A DNA stretch of 64,000 nt from Savitreella phatthalungensis (taxonomy: Eukaryota), in contig AP039689.1 in assembly GCA_051599415.1 (NCBI GenBank), positions 682,001-746,000 of the forward strand, read 5' to 3'. Below, piece after piece: positions 1 through 12,669 of this stretch. Within the stretch, counting starts at the first letter, position 1. Every line of letters starts with the position of its first letter. Position numbers and translations under genes: made by a program. The notes under the pieces are model-generated. The model ran no database searches. It was not told where the DNA came from and saw nothing but the letters and a program-made list of their open reading frames with translations.

Positions 1-2
1 CA

Positions 3-122
<120 letters not shown>

Positions 123-546
123 GCGCTTCGTCGCGTTCGCAGTTGCACCTGTTTGTGGAAGTCTTTCTGGCCAATTCTTTCTGTCTCTTTGACAACATGG
201 CTAAGATGACCGACTGCTCTACATGAGCACGACACCAAAGACAAAGCATCAAAAACAATTTCAAAAATGTCATTCATTTTCTGACACATCAGCCTATCCT
301 GCTTCCTGACTCTCTCACATCTTCGTCATGTCTCGTCCTTGTCCTCAAGCAGATAAGCACACTTCTGAGTGTTTAGGAGATTTCAATTTTTTGATAGGTG
401 CGATTCTTCGGCGTCAATCGTTATGACCGCTTGTATGCTACATGATCTTGCTCCTGAAGTGACAGCGTGAACGGGCCTATCGTGTGCTGTGGTACGCGTC
501 GAATACCGCCAGAGGCTGGCCACGTTCGGGGTTTTGTGTGGTTCTC

Positions 547-1011
547 TCAGAAGCCTGGAGGGCGGACAGCAGCGGCTGGACCAGCCTGGCCAGCGACCTG
601 GAGAGCAGGAGAGCCTGTTCCACCGAGCAAATCCTGGCTACCTGCCTGCAATTGCATAGCCTTCTGCTCTTCCTGAACCTGAGCCTCTGCTTCAACCGCC
701 ATCATGAATGGGATGCCAATCAGCAGGAGAGAGGACGTGATTGCCCACAGTGACTTGCCGCCCAGCAGGGCGACTGTCGAAAGTCCACTCTTTCCCGTGC
801 TCACGGCATTCGATAGGCGTGCTCTTGTCGGTGGTGGGATGATGTCCTTTAGAGCGACCAGTCGCTCGTATAGTGTCTCGTCGAGGGGCTCGTCCACCTC
901 ATCTCCAAGCTCGCTTTCGCTGTCTGACTCACTGACATCAGTGTATTGGTCGTCGTTGGCGATATCATAGTCGTCCGTGACCTCCTCCAGGGTCATACGA
1001 CTGCGCGACAT
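547..1011 (-). CDS. TOM22: Mitochondrial import receptor Tom22
   Basis: Acidic N-terminus, DETLYERLVALKDIIPP, TM segment LWAITSSLLLIGIPF. Confidence 0.95.
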   Translation of the reverse strand: MSRSRMTLEEVTDDYDIANDDQYTDVSESDSESELGDEVDEPLDETLYERLVALKDIIPPPTRARLSNAVSTGKSGLSTVALLGGKSLWAITSSLLLIGIPFMMAVEAEAQVQEEQKAMQLQAGSQDLLGGTGSPALQVAGQAGPAAAVRPPGF

Positions 1012-1400
1012 GGCTTCAAGGTCCTCAAAGTTTTGAGCGATGACGCTTTAACCTTGACTTCCAACTTCCTTTTCTTTCACTTTCCCGCCCTAGGAGTAGA
1101 GACACTTTGCAGAACTATGATCAGCGGCCCAGAAAATCAAGGCAGATGTTTAGAGAATGCTACATAGTCCGGCATATGATTGAATTAAATCAATGCAGGC
1201 AGACTATGTATGACAAGCAAAATGGGTCGTCGTCACACTGGCGCCTCGTTTGGGTGGGTTCAAAGCTTGGAAGTCAGGTACGCACTGACAAGGCGCTGCA
1301 CTGTGAGTCTCTGCTTTTATGCGAATGCAAATATCTTTGTACTGCCCGGAGAAGAATGCTCTGCTGAACTATGCTTAAGTTTCGATCGAACTAAATCATC

Positions 1401-2525
1401 TCACTGAGTGATCGTGTCAGCAGCGGGCTGGCTTTGCTGAAGCGTCCGGGATTGAGCGGCACGCATGGCATTCAATACTTCCACAGCATGCGTCGTTTCG
1501 AGATCCGGGTTCTGAGCGACGTCTCGCTGACACTTGGTCTCTGCAATCTCCTGCAGGATGTCCTTGGCTCCGTGGGTGGCGAGCTCGTCTGCGACATCAA
1601 CACCCAATTGCCACGCTTCAGTGTCCGTCTCACACTTGCGCTCTTTCGTAGCAACGGCATGCTTCGTACCGTTGAGGGATGTGACTGTGCCCGTGCAGGA
1701 CACAACTCCAGTTCGAGCATCATAGGTCGTCGCCGATCCAACTGGTACAGAACAACCACCCTCCAATCGCCTCATCATGCCACGCTCCGACCATGAGCAC
1801 AGTCGAGCCTCCAAGTTGTCGAGCGGCTGTAGCAGCTTGTCAACTTCATCGTCTTCCTCGCAGATCTCGATAGCCAGGACACCTTGTCCGGGAGCATGAT
1901 GCATGACCGGCTCGCCCACGAACTCGGTGATTCGCTCCTGTAGACCTAGCCGGATGAGACCTGCTGCAGCCAGAACCAAGCATGAGAAGCCATTGGCCGG
2001 ATCATCAAGCTTTGCAAGGCGGGTGCCTACATTGCCGCGTACATCTGCAAATTTGAGATGCGGGAACGAGCGACTGATTTGGGCAGACCGTCGCATCGAC
2101 GAGGTGGCTACCACGCTATTCGCCGGCAGATCCGAAAGTGATTTGTATTGGTCTGAGCAGTGTGCTGCCATTACAATAACATCCCTTGGATCTTCTCGCT
2201 CGCCAACGACGGAGATCTTGAAGCCGTCGGGAAGCTGGGTAGGCAAATCCTTCAAGCAATGTACTGATATCCGACACGTCTTGTCCATCAGTAGCTGTTC
2301 GAGCTCGACAGCCCACAAGCCTTTGGCCACTTGTGGACTGAAGGCGTGCAGGGGCTTTGTCTGGATGTTGTCACCCATGGCAGAGATCGGCACTATCGGA
2401 AAATCATAGTCTGGATAAAGCTTCTGAAGAGAGGCCTGAATCGACTTTGTTTGAATCATGGCAAGCTTCGACTTACGCGTGCCGATAGGAAATGTTTTCC
2501 GCGTACTTCCGTTTGTCGACGACAT
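1401..2525 (-). CDS. HEM3: Porphobilinogen deaminase (hydroxymethylbilane synthase)
   Basis: IGTRKSKLAMIQ, VHCLKDLPT, REDPRD, VRGNVGTRLAKLD, LEGGCSVP (cofactor Cys). Confidence 0.97.
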   Translation of the reverse strand: MSSTNGSTRKTFPIGTRKSKLAMIQTKSIQASLQKLYPDYDFPIVPISAMGDNIQTKPLHAFSPQVAKGLWAVELEQLLMDKTCRISVHCLKDLPTQLPDGFKISVVGEREDPRDVIVMAAHCSDQYKSLSDLPANSVVATSSMRRSAQISRSFPHLKFADVRGNVGTRLAKLDDPANGFSCLVLAAAGLIRLGLQERITEFVGEPVMHHAPGQGVLAIEICEEDDEVDKLLQPLDNLEARLCSWSERGMMRRLEGGCSVPVGSATTYDARTGVVSCTGTVTSLNGTKHAVATKERKCETDTEAWQLGVDVADELATHGAKDILQEIAETKCQRDVAQNPDLETTHAVEVLNAMRAAQSRTLQQSQPAADTITQ

Positions 2526-2610
2526 GGCTTAGTATGGGGGATCAGATAGATTCGCAAATACCAGTGAAGCCTCTGAATAATGAAAGGGATAAATACAATA
2601 CTGGCTGTCG

Positions 2611-2618
2611 TGTGACTG
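2611..2618 (-). promoter_or_regulatory. Homol-D-like box (CAGTCACA) upstream of HEM3
   Basis: TGTGACTG on + equals the S. pombe Homol-D consensus on -, about 85 nt upstream of the HEM3 ATG. Confidence 0.4.
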
Positions 2619-3378
2619 TGAGCCTCGAGTCACGGAAGTGCAAGTTGCCTGCTTCAATAATGTGTGTGATGATGGTATTTCTGGAAGACTGCCTGTGTTT
2701 TCTATGTCGAACGACTCCGCAAAATCGGTGGTCAACATGTAGAGCCATCAGTCAACTAACCACTCAGTCAACCGTTTAAGTCAATCATTCAGTCGAGGTA
2801 GATGGAAATGGAAGGCTAGATGAATCCAAGTGCAGATCCTCCAGAGTTGTACGGTTACGGGGGCTGGAAGAGAAATCCAAGTGAAAGTCAACGGCTTCAG
2901 TCAGATATCCATATAATCCCACTCCAATATAGTGGTGGAGTACTCAGAAAGAATTGCACAAACTATTGATTCATTCAATTTATAAATTCAATTTAGAACA
3001 CTATGCAAATTGTGCTATCCTCCCCGATTACCTTTGATAGTTCATCGCCTCAAGCGGGATGCTGAATTCAATCAATTCTTCTCACTGTAGTGGATTAGCT
3101 ACCTGGTATCTTATTTTGAAGTGGACATTTATGATTTCTACCCAGCTCAATTGATCGATCGTAAAATTAGAGAGTTCAATTGACGATCAGTCCCTACCAC
3201 CAACACGTGCATAATCTGACACCCACTGACCTAGCTAACGCCCTTTTTGACATCATATCATCTGGGTGATCACAGGCACAAGTTAGTGGAGATCTATTGG
3301 ACAAGCACGCTTACTGCGGTAGCTCCACAGAACATCAAGCGGCGAGCGAATGTGCTTGATGGCCTGCTTCTTGTCTAG

Positions 3379-3948
3379 ATGACAGACAAGCGACCAGGCG
3401 GGCATGCCCAGCTAAATCCGCGCAAAGAGGCAAAGCGTCAACGGACCGCCGTGAAAGCCCAAGTCGCTAGACAGCAGGGCAGTCGAGATCTTCAGCTTCG
3501 TACAAAGCATCTATTTAATGCTGCATTATGGCTAGAAAAGCTGGACGCCGACTTCTCCCAAGGTGATAAAGGCAATGATGCCCAAAGAGGACAGAAAAGA
3601 AAGAGTTTCCGTGGGCGGAGTGCAACACACGGTCATCTCGCTCGAAGATTTGTCCATGATATTCGCGGCGTAGCGCGAAAAGGTCAGCTAAAGATAGCTG
3701 TGCCCATCAAACGCCGTTTGTGCAAACGCTGCGATACGCTGTTGATCGAGGGCAGGACGGTGGACGTGAAGTACTCTGAGAACATGATGACCTTAACATG
3801 CCAGCGATGCTCGACGCCAAAGTGTTTCCCGCTCAAGAACGGACCTGTCGATATTGTGCCACTCGACGACTTCCCTTCAGATCATCTCACGACACATACA
3901 CACGAAGCGGAGCACAGCAGCAATGATAACACGAACGATCTCTCTTGA
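3379..3948 (+). CDS. RPR2: RNase P subunit Rpr2/Rpp21
   Basis: HLFNAA near the N-terminus, IKRRLCKRCDTLLIEG...CQRC zinc ribbon. Confidence 0.85.
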   Translation: MTDKRPGGHAQLNPRKEAKRQRTAVKAQVARQQGSRDLQLRTKHLFNAALWLEKLDADFSQGDKGNDAQRGQKRKSFRGRSATHGHLARRFVHDIRGVARKGQLKIAVPIKRRLCKRCDTLLIEGRTVDVKYSENMMTLTCQRCSTPKCFPLKNGPVDIVPLDDFPSDHLTTHTHEAEHSSNDNTNDLS

Positions 3949-4020
3949 CGAAACAGCAATGGATAACGCCGTTTCCTTACATTTGCGTACAATGGAGTCA
4001 TGCTCCGTCTTCATATATGC

Positions 4021-4950
4021 TCACGCCGCTCGCCTTGCAAGGACAGCGATTGTTGGCCAATGACATTTGACGATGGTATCGTCATTCCAACCTGTGATTT
4101 CCTTGATCTCGTCGAGTGCGCGGTCGATGACGTCGCCCTCGCCTCCTTGAGCCCGCGTTTGAGGCTTGCCATTTGCCGTGCTCCAATTGTGGTAGCTGGA
4201 AGCAGTGCGCATGTAACTACCTATCAAATGCAGCGGGACCTGCTTCGCCACAGGCGACACTTCAGAAGATCCACGTTGCGCTGTATAATGGCGTTGGACA
4301 TCTGTCCATTTCCCGTCTTTGGTCGGCACTTGGACGACGTCAAGCGCATCCTCTAGAATAGTACGGCCTGGCTGTGGCCAATGAGGCCCCAGCTTATCAG
4401 AATCGTGACTCGTCCTATTCCACACGTCGCTCGCCTCTTGCGAGTCCGTGAACTCGAGCTCATTGTATGACCAGAAGCTCAGAGTTCCACCAGGCTTCAC
4501 AACCCGCTCCATCTCAGCAAACCAAGCGGGCAAGTCGAACCAATGTACGGCCTGACCGACAGTGATACAGTCAACAGACGCATCGTTCACGGGAAGCTTC
4601 TCGGCACCGGCAACACCATACTCGATGTTCTCCGCCTTGGTGGCTGATTCCAACATTTTCGCACTTGTGTCGAAGCCTTTGACGCGGTCGAACTTTGCAG
4701 CTAGAACTTTTGTGATTTGGCCGGTACCACAACCAATGTCGACAGCCAGCTTGTGCTCGCCAGTGTGGTACGACAACAGTTGGTCAAACAAGGCTTGACC
4801 ATAGGTCGGTCTGAAATCAGAATATGATGCGGAGTTGAAGTTCGACTCGCTGAAGGCTAGGGTCTCCTGACCCGACTTGGAAGCTGTCGAGCTTATCATT
4901 CTCGTTGTCTGGAGTCGCCTATTCGTCTGTCTGAACACTTGCCTGAGCAT
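4021..4950 (-). CDS. Class I SAM-dependent small-molecule methyltransferase (Tmt1/Crg1-like)
   Basis: YSDFRPTY, AVDIGCGTGQ, GQAVHWFD, VKPGGTL; first ATG at 4950, second at 4899. Confidence 0.88.
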   Translation of the reverse strand: MLRQVFRQTNRRLQTTRMISSTASKSGQETLAFSESNFNSASYSDFRPTYGQALFDQLLSYHTGEHKLAVDIGCGTGQITKVLAAKFDRVKGFDTSAKMLESATKAENIEYGVAGAEKLPVNDASVDCITVGQAVHWFDLPAWFAEMERVVKPGGTLSFWSYNELEFTDSQEASDVWNRTSHDSDKLGPHWPQPGRTILEDALDVVQVPTKDGKWTDVQRHYTAQRGSSEVSPVAKQVPLHLIGSYMRTASSYHNWSTANGKPQTRAQGGEGDVIDRALDEIKEITGWNDDTIVKCHWPTIAVLARRAA

Positions 4951-5402
4951 ATGCCTGGTCGAGATGAAGAGATACACTGTTTCTCATAAGGGAATGACAA
5001 CCAGTCTCAAATGCTGACCCGTCCTCCAGCATAGACGCGCACAAGCATCCCGCGGATTCGCTAATGTCTGCCCTGCCCCCACATCTGCAGAACAATAGCC
5101 ATGAGCGAAATCTTGACTCATTCTGGGCTATCCCAGCTTGTTAAAACGGGTGATTCGACCTGTCGCAAATTTAGCCGATTGAGACTTCATAAATTCGAAA
5201 TCCACATGTCAGACTCATCGCGCCGGGACAACCCAGTAGATTGCTGAGCTCGGGTGATAAAACCATTAACTCTTCTGTCTCCGGCTACCCACGTCAGTCG
5301 AAGTCATGCTGATGTTACAGACACTGTCATGGTGTCATGCGCACTTGACGAATCCCGACTCGATTTATATATCTAACAGCTCAGTAGGGTACCCAGAGTT
5401 AC

Positions 5403-6383
5403 CTAGAACTTGTAAACCTGGTCTTTGGTGTAGCCAAGCTCTGCAAGGTAGCCAGCAAGCTCTCCTTGGTCCTTCGGTGACTTCTTCGTGCCAGATACAG
5501 CAGCATAGAATCCGGGAGGACCACAGACGAAGGCCTTGAAGTTCTTGGCATCGGGGCCAGGTAGAATCTTCTTCAGCGTCTCCTTCTGAATTCGGCCACC
5601 AACGCCTGGCCAGTCGGCAGGTGCTTGCTCTAGCACGTAGAATGCAGTGAACTTGTCTGGGTATTGCTGCTCCAATTCCTCAAATTCGCGCTTCAGCAGG
5701 ATATCCTCCTCTTTGACGTTGGCCGTGATCAAAACAATCCGAGTCTTGTCCTCGGGGTTCTTGATGATCGCACGGGTAAGCTGCCACATCGGTGTGATAC
5801 CTGTTCCGCCAGCGATCAGAGCCACCGTATCGTGCATGTTCGGCTTGTAGATATACTTCTCAATAGGTCCCTTGAAGTCGAGGCGCTGCGTAGGCTCCAT
5901 GTCGTGCAGGTGATTTGACATTGGGCCATTCGGATACCTCTTCACTAAAAGGTCGACCGTACCGCGCTGGTCCTGGTCAGATACAGGCGTGTAAGGACGA
6001 ATCGTCGGCTTTTCGTCGTTTGGCCCCTTGTACTTGGTGAGGAGTGCGGAAGCAGTGTTCAGGCCGATGATGTGCTCGTCGCTCGGGAGCGCAAATGTCA
6101 GACGCTTCGTGTTGTGGCTCAAGATCTCAGACTTGACGAGCGGAAGGGATACCCATGCGTTTGGGTCAGTCAAGGTTTTTGGAGCTTCCTTTGATCCAGA
6201 CTTGAACCAGTCTGCCGATACGACATTGTTCTGTGCGGCATAAGCTGCTATTCCTGCAGCACCGATAAGGCCAGCCGTAGCGATGCCGAAGAATCTTGCA
6301 TTGGCTGCACCAGCGGTTGCGGTCTTCACAGAGGCGAAGTTCCTGGCCTGTTGACTTGCCGATCGAGTAGAGCTCCTAAACAT
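5403..6383 (-). CDS. MCR1: Mitochondrial NADH-cytochrome b5 reductase
   Basis: [22 protein letters not shown]-terminal QVYKF; presequence and hydrophobic segment from ATG 6383. Confidence 0.95.
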   Translation of the reverse strand: MFRSSTRSASQQARNFASVKTATAGAANARFFGIATAGLIGAAGIAAYAAQNNVVSADWFKSGSKEAPKTLTDPNAWVSLPLVKSEILSHNTKRLTFALPSDEHIIGLNTASALLTKYKGPNDEKPTIRPYTPVSDQDQRGTVDLLVKRYPNGPMSNHLHDMEPTQRLDFKGPIEKYIYKPNMHDTVALIAGGTGITPMWQLTRAIIKNPEDKTRIVLITANVKEEDILLKREFEELEQQYPDKFTAFYVLEQAPADWPGVGGRIQKETLKKILPGPDAKNFKAFVCGPPGFYAAVSGTKKSPKDQGELAGYLAELGYTKDQVYKF

Positions 6384-7480
6384 GATTGCAGTAGGTGAAA
6401 GAACGTGATACGAACAATGGCTAGCGCTTCTATCCTTTGAGGTTGATGTCGGATGGTGAATCAATCGACCTAGCAAGGCCGAAAGAACAAAATGACGCAA
6501 CCACGGAGCCGCGCATTGCTCTAATGCACGAATTCTTGGAAGACGTCTTGCATTACTTTAGCTTATTTTGCGATATTAATTAAAGTTATCGTATGTCGAT
6601 CAAGTCAAAATTGAAAAACAGATCTGGAAATCAATTCAGCTGACTATTCGATTAGCCAGTCACTTAACTTGATAAATCAAATTCTACTGTCGGCAAAGCA
6701 CGAAATCATTTGACTCGATCGGTAGATCCCATGCAGGCAGTGGCGAACAAGTAGTCCAGGTCGCACAATCAGTCGACAAGCTAGAACAATGCGTACACAT
6801 GAGAGGTCGCTCCAGGAACCTCAAACGATGCCAATATCGATCAACCGCTTTTCCTCTCGCCTCTCGGTCGTTTCGGGGATGAGTGTCTGTCTGACATGTT
6901 GAGTGAGTGCAGGTGCGTCAATCAGTATGCTCAAACGATCTCAATTTTTCCAGTCATCTCTGAGTGCATCTATTGTAAGGGCTCCTTACAAAACAGTTTT
7001 CGAGTCCTGACAAAGCAGTCGACTACGTTGGTGGCGTACCCAACCTGTACGTCGCCCTGGTGTTAATTTCTTTGAACCATGCACACTTTTGTTCAGAGGA
7101 CTGTGAGGAATTATATGAGCAAGAGCAACTCTCGTCGTTGAGATCCTCAAGGCCTTTCTCCGTCAGGGACCGCAAAAGCTGGTGCCAACATTGTTCTTCC
7201 TTGATTGCTAATCTGATATGCGAGAGCCAGCCGACACTTCTGGGCTGCGTCACTGAAGTCACCACTATGTACAGCAGCGTCTCAAGATTACAGAATTTGT
7301 GCATCTTTTCACTTCGCTCCACAATTCGAGAATTTAAATGCTGCTGTCCCAAATCATCCATCGGACAGGACACATGCAGTGATCGAAACTCCACCGTCTT
7401 ACACAACCGCAAGCACGAGCTCAAGAACAAGGGTCATCACGCGTCATCTGATTCCAGCATAGTGGCCAGCTCCTGGCGCG

Positions 7481-8204
<724 letters not shown>

Positions 8205-8392
8205 GTAGATGCTCGGAAGAGCGATGTATATGATGAATATGACCTAGCAAGATCTCCATGCCGTGGACTGCGCGATGAGATGTTCATCTATGTGGCTCTT
8301 TCTCAGAAAGTATGCAGGACGGCCAATAAAAAAGAAAATAAGTGGACGAGCTGCAAGACACCTCACAGTGCTCACCAAACAAGGCGCGACTA

Positions 8393-9094
8393 ATGTTGTC
8401 CCTCCGCTCATTACCGCTCAAGCGTAGCTTCTGCTCAACATGCGTAGCTCGTATGACTGCCTCGGAGGCCTCTACACGCAACTCAGGAAGCTACCCAAAG
8501 CACAAGCTGGGCTTCAATGTTTGGCAGTCTCCAAAGCCGACAAAGATGCTCACGGTCGAGATCCCTGGCACGACGGTCCAGCCTGATGATTTGTCGAGAA
8601 CACTGAAACGGCGTGGCTTTGAGACAGTGCTATCGAAGGATACTTCTGTTGTCAGAGATCGACCCGGCCGGCGGAGTGTGATATACGCCTTGTACGACAC
8701 TATCGAGGAAGCTCGGAAGGCAGCTCAGGACATCGGCCAGGTCTATCTCAACGGTGATAAGCTGAAACCAGTGTATAGCATGCACAAGGATCTACCTCGC
8801 CGCGATATGCTTGTCTCTCTGTATGGCACAGAGTCAGGCGCTGTTTCACTTGAGGGTCTACCAGCAGACATTCAGGAAAGACACCTGATGCTGATGCTGC
8901 GCGCGTACAATTTAGTTGACCAAGAGGAACACCGATTCCATCGCATCTATCGGACAAAGGAGCGATCGGCATGGATAGTCCGTCTCAAGTCCCATCTCGA
9001 GGCACAGAGGCTCGCGAGGGATGCAGACTTCAGCGCACATCGATCGCAGGATACGATTGACAATTCGATGCTACGAGCGGAAGTATTCCAATGA
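8393..9094 (+). CDS. Putative mitochondrial protein with degenerate RRM-like folds
   Basis: Arg/Ser-rich presequence-like N-terminus; RRM-like patterns (YALYDTIEEARKA, VSLEGLP, AWIVRL). Confidence 0.55.
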   Translation: MLSLRSLPLKRSFCSTCVARMTASEASTRNSGSYPKHKLGFNVWQSPKPTKMLTVEIPGTTVQPDDLSRTLKRRGFETVLSKDTSVVRDRPGRRSVIYALYDTIEEARKAAQDIGQVYLNGDKLKPVYSMHKDLPRRDMLVSLYGTESGAVSLEGLPADIQERHLMLMLRAYNLVDQEEHRFHRIYRTKERSAWIVRLKSHLEAQRLARDADFSAHRSQDTIDNSMLRAEVFQ

Positions 9095-9191
9095 GTCAGA
9101 CACCAGTGCGAGCAGACGTCGCTCATGCTTCGTCAGCATAGTCTTGCTACAACGTCTTCGTCTTTCTCGCCGTTAGCTATTAGGCACGATC

Positions 9192-9926
9192 TCAAGATGC
9201 ATCCGCAATAGCCTGTAGCCGGTCATCAATCTCGTCTTCGGAAAGCATTCGGAACGGCCGCTTTTCGCCGCCACAGATGCCAATCTCGATCTCCGTTGCC
9301 TTGAAATCGACTGATAGCGCAGTTGACATAGCATTGATAGCAAGCTCGACGGTCTTCTGCCATGAGTCTATTGCTGTGTCGCCATCGCGTTTGTGCCGCT
9401 TCTCGAAGTAATTGGTCGCCTCCTGCTGCTTAGGCCCTGATGCTGTTGCGAGAAAGCCGGAGTAGTATCCTGCCGGATCGCACTTGAACAACTGCGGACC
9501 CTTCTCTTCATCGATGCCGATCAACGTCGTTGTCACACCGAGTGGTCTCATTGCGGCGCGTTGCGTGTAAACCTGATTGATGTTTGCCATCCGCTTCGCA
9601 AGGGCGTCAGGAGGCATGTCGTATCCATACGTGTACCTGAATTCTGCTGCCTCTGACCGTGCACGGGTCACCTGAGCTCTAGCATCTGCGATCTGCCCTG
9701 TCATAACACATCCGATCGATTCTGTGATCCTGAAGCAGTGTGTTACCGACGACGGATCGAGCAATTTGTCTGGCACCTTCTTCTGAGACGCTACAACGCA
9801 ACAATCCTTACCACGCACAGCCACTGTTGTTACGCCAGCAGCTGTGATTGCTTTGAAAGCGTACTCGACCTGATACAATCTGCCTTCAGGCGAGAAGATG
9901 GTGATCATCCGATCATAGTTTGACAT
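9192..9926 (-). CDS. SCL1: 20S proteasome subunit alpha-1
   Basis: [45 protein letters not shown]. Confidence 0.97.
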   Translation of the reverse strand: MSNYDRMITIFSPEGRLYQVEYAFKAITAAGVTTVAVRGKDCCVVASQKKVPDKLLDPSSVTHCFRITESIGCVMTGQIADARAQVTRARSEAAEFRYTYGYDMPPDALAKRMANINQVYTQRAAMRPLGVTTTLIGIDEEKGPQLFKCDPAGYYSGFLATASGPKQQEATNYFEKRHKRDGDTAIDSWQKTVELAINAMSTALSVDFKATEIEIGICGGEKRPFRMLSEDEIDDRLQAIADAS

Positions 9927-10305
9927 GATATGCAGCAGGAAGCCGTCTTCAGGCTAGCCGCTTCCTTCTGCTCGTTGTATCAAGCCTTCTGTTATCTGCC
10001 GTACCTGATGAACAATCTGTGTCCTACTATAACAGCGGGGTCTTTGGTTTATGCGTGGATACGCTGGTATGGCATACGTATGTTCGTGCGTGTGTTCGCG
10101 CGCCGCGTAACCGTACATTGACAGAATCGCTTGATTGATCGAGCTCTGCATGCACGGACAAATTTCCATAGGTTTGATTTTGTGTATCCACATCCATATG
10201 CCTACCTGGTATACACAGCTTGGCAACGAGGAGGTAGCATCCATTAAGTGAGAACTATCATCACTATCGGCATAGAACGGAGCACTGGAATAGACAGCCG
10301 AGATA

Positions 10306-11817
10306 ATGGCGTCGGGGGATCAGGCGTCGGGTGGTGGGAAGCCCTCAAAGGTTAAGAAAGTGCTTGACAAGGTTCGTTCGTCCGGCAAGAATGACGCTAA
10401 TGGCAAAGGCGAAGATGCACCTGGTAGCGCAGCGTCTGTGGTATCCAACAACCTGTCATTGGATCCAGCGCTTGGGCAGAGATCATTGGCTGACCTACTG
10501 AAGTCTCTGTCCGCGAGTGAGCTCCTTACTGGCATGGCTCCAGGAAAGAATCGCAAGGACATGGCCGACTACAAGTTCTGGTCAACACAGCCAGTCCCGC
10601 GCTTAGACGATCAGTCTCAAACATCCTCAGACGAGTCAGGCGAGGGTCCAATCGAAATGCCGACTGACTCGGTTCCAGAAGAAGCTGTGCCATTGCTCGG
10701 AGAGTTCGAGTGGGTCACAGTCGACGTGGAAGATCCCGAAGAGCTCAAAGAAGTCTACCAACTGCTATCGGCAAACTATGTCGAAGACAGCGATGCATCA
10801 TTCCGTTTCAACTACTCTGCATCCTTCTTTAATTGGGCTTTAAAGAGCCCAGGATACGTCAAGGAGTGGCATGTTGGCGTACGAGTCCGGTCATCGAAGC
10901 GTTTGGTGGCATTCATCTCCGGAATCCCGGTACGGCTGAGAGTGCGGAACCACGAGATTGATTCCGTCGAGATCAACTTCATGTGCGTCCACAAGAAGCT
11001 CCGTTCTAAGCGTCTAGCGCCGACGCTCATCAAGGAGGTCACGCGTCGTTGCCACGCAAAAGGTATTTGGCAGGCTATCTATACAGCCGGCGTCGTGCTT
11101 CCAACACCGATCTCTTCTTGCCGGTACTATCATCGATCCTTGGACTGGCAGAAGCTTTATGAGATCGGATTCTCGCACCTGCCGCAGCGCTCGACAAAAG
11201 CTCGGCAGATTCAGAAGTACCGTCTGCCGGAATCGACGTCTCTGAAAGGGTTACGTCCAATGGAGCAGAAGGACGTCAAGCAGGTTGGCGACCTGCTCAG
11301 GCAAATGCTGAAGAAGTTCTCCATTTGCCAGATATTCTCCGATGAGGAAGTCGCTCATTGGCTGCTGTCTGATCCCAGTCTCAAGCCTGACGAGCGCGTC
11401 GTCTGGGCATACGTCGTGGAAGGCACTGGCGGCAAGGTTTCCGACTTTGTCTCCTTCTATTCTCTGCCTTCTACAGTCATTGGCAACGCAAAGCATTCGA
11501 TGCTGAATGCTGCATATCTCTTCTACTATGGCTCAGACCTCGCATTTGCGGATGGCCAGCAAAAGGCTTATGAAGCTCGTTTGAAGAATCTCATGAGTGA
11601 CGCTTTGATCCTGGCCCGGCAGTTCGAATTTGACGTCTTCAATGCATTGTCGCTGATGGATAATCCGTGCTTCTTAGACGAGCTGCTCTTTGGTCCAGGT
11701 GACGGCTTCCTCAACTTCTACCTCTACAACTGGCGCACTAAGCCCATTCCAGGCGGCTTGACTTCGACAGGCTCACTCGATAAGACCAACAGTGAGGTCG
11801 GGCTTCCCATGCTGTAG
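10306..11817 (+). CDS. NMT1: Glycylpeptide N-myristoyltransferase
   Basis: YKFWSTQPV, YVEDSDASFRFNYS, EINFMCVHKKLRSKRLAP, FGPGDG. Confidence 0.98.
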   Translation: MASGDQASGGGKPSKVKKVLDKVRSSGKNDANGKGEDAPGSAASVVSNNLSLDPALGQRSLADLLKSLSASELLTGMAPGKNRKDMADYKFWSTQPVPRLDDQSQTSSDESGEGPIEMPTDSVPEEAVPLLGEFEWVTVDVEDPEELKEVYQLLSANYVEDSDASFRFNYSASFFNWALKSPGYVKEWHVGVRVRSSKRLVAFISGIPVRLRVRNHEIDSVEINFMCVHKKLRSKRLAPTLIKEVTRRCHAKGIWQAIYTAGVVLPTPISSCRYYHRSLDWQKLYEIGFSHLPQRSTKARQIQKYRLPESTSLKGLRPMEQKDVKQVGDLLRQMLKKFSICQIFSDEEVAHWLLSDPSLKPDERVVWAYVVEGTGGKVSDFVSFYSLPSTVIGNAKHSMLNAAYLFYYGSDLAFADGQQKAYEARLKNLMSDALILARQFEFDVFNALSLMDNPCFLDELLFGPGDGFLNFYLYNWRTKPIPGGLTSTGSLDKTNSEVGLPML

Positions 11818-12063
11818 TGGAAAACATCACGAAAGAAGGCATTGACACTTTACGAAACCAACTTCCTGTCAAGCTTACAATACGAGCACATACGACGTAG
11901 GAAAAATGCATGATACGGGTGTCGATAAGCGCCGTACAGGTGGTGTCCGAGCGATTGCTAGTTGTGATGGATGCGTATATATGCGTATGCAGATAAGTAA
12001 ATAGATCATTAGGGAAGAGCGGTCCTCATCATGCGTTAAACCTGTTGCGTAAGGCATTGTACC

Positions 12064-12384
12064 TTAGTGGGAGAGGTACATTCTGCCCTTGGCTCGCCGC
12101 CGTGCAAGAATCTTGCGCCCATGCCGATCTGTGAGTCTTGCCAGAAAGCCAAACTTGCGTTTGCGCTTGATCGTACTTGGCTGATATTCTCTTCCGTACG
12201 TTCTCCATCTCCGGGCTGTCAGACCCCAGATTCCGCCGAGCACTCTTGTCATTAAACCGCCCGACAAGATGCCTGACATGCCTGCATTACTGGCACTCAC
12301 ACCGCCAGTCGCCATGACACTAGCAGTAGACGACGACAGAGTGGGCCGTGACATGGCTGGCGCTCTCAATAGAGCACGAAACAT
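12064..12384 (-). CDS. MRPL34: Mitochondrial ribosomal protein bL34m
   Basis: [21 protein letters not shown]...[13 protein letters not shown]...LSH; presequence from ATG 12384. Confidence 0.93.
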   Translation of the reverse strand: MFRALLRAPAMSRPTLSSSTASVMATGGVSASNAGMSGILSGGLMTRVLGGIWGLTARRWRTYGREYQPSTIKRKRKFGFLARLTDRHGRKILARRRAKGRMYLSH

Positions 12385-12669
12385 GATCGTGCGCCTGCGT
12401 GTGTCTGTTTGCTCTGGTTGTGAGCTCCTGAAATAGATCGTTTTCATGGTTAGCAGGACATTGATCGTGCACAACGATCGATCGAATGATTCCGCTCATG
12501 TACAAATTCTGTGACACTTTGCTCGTTATTTCAATCCAAATCGCCGGTGTACACTACAAGCTCGTCCCCATAGAGACCAATGTCAAGTCATTGACCTCTT
12601 CCATCAAGATCATACTGTACAAATGCCCACTACCTCTCATATCGCTCTTGAGTCTTGTGAAACTTCCAA

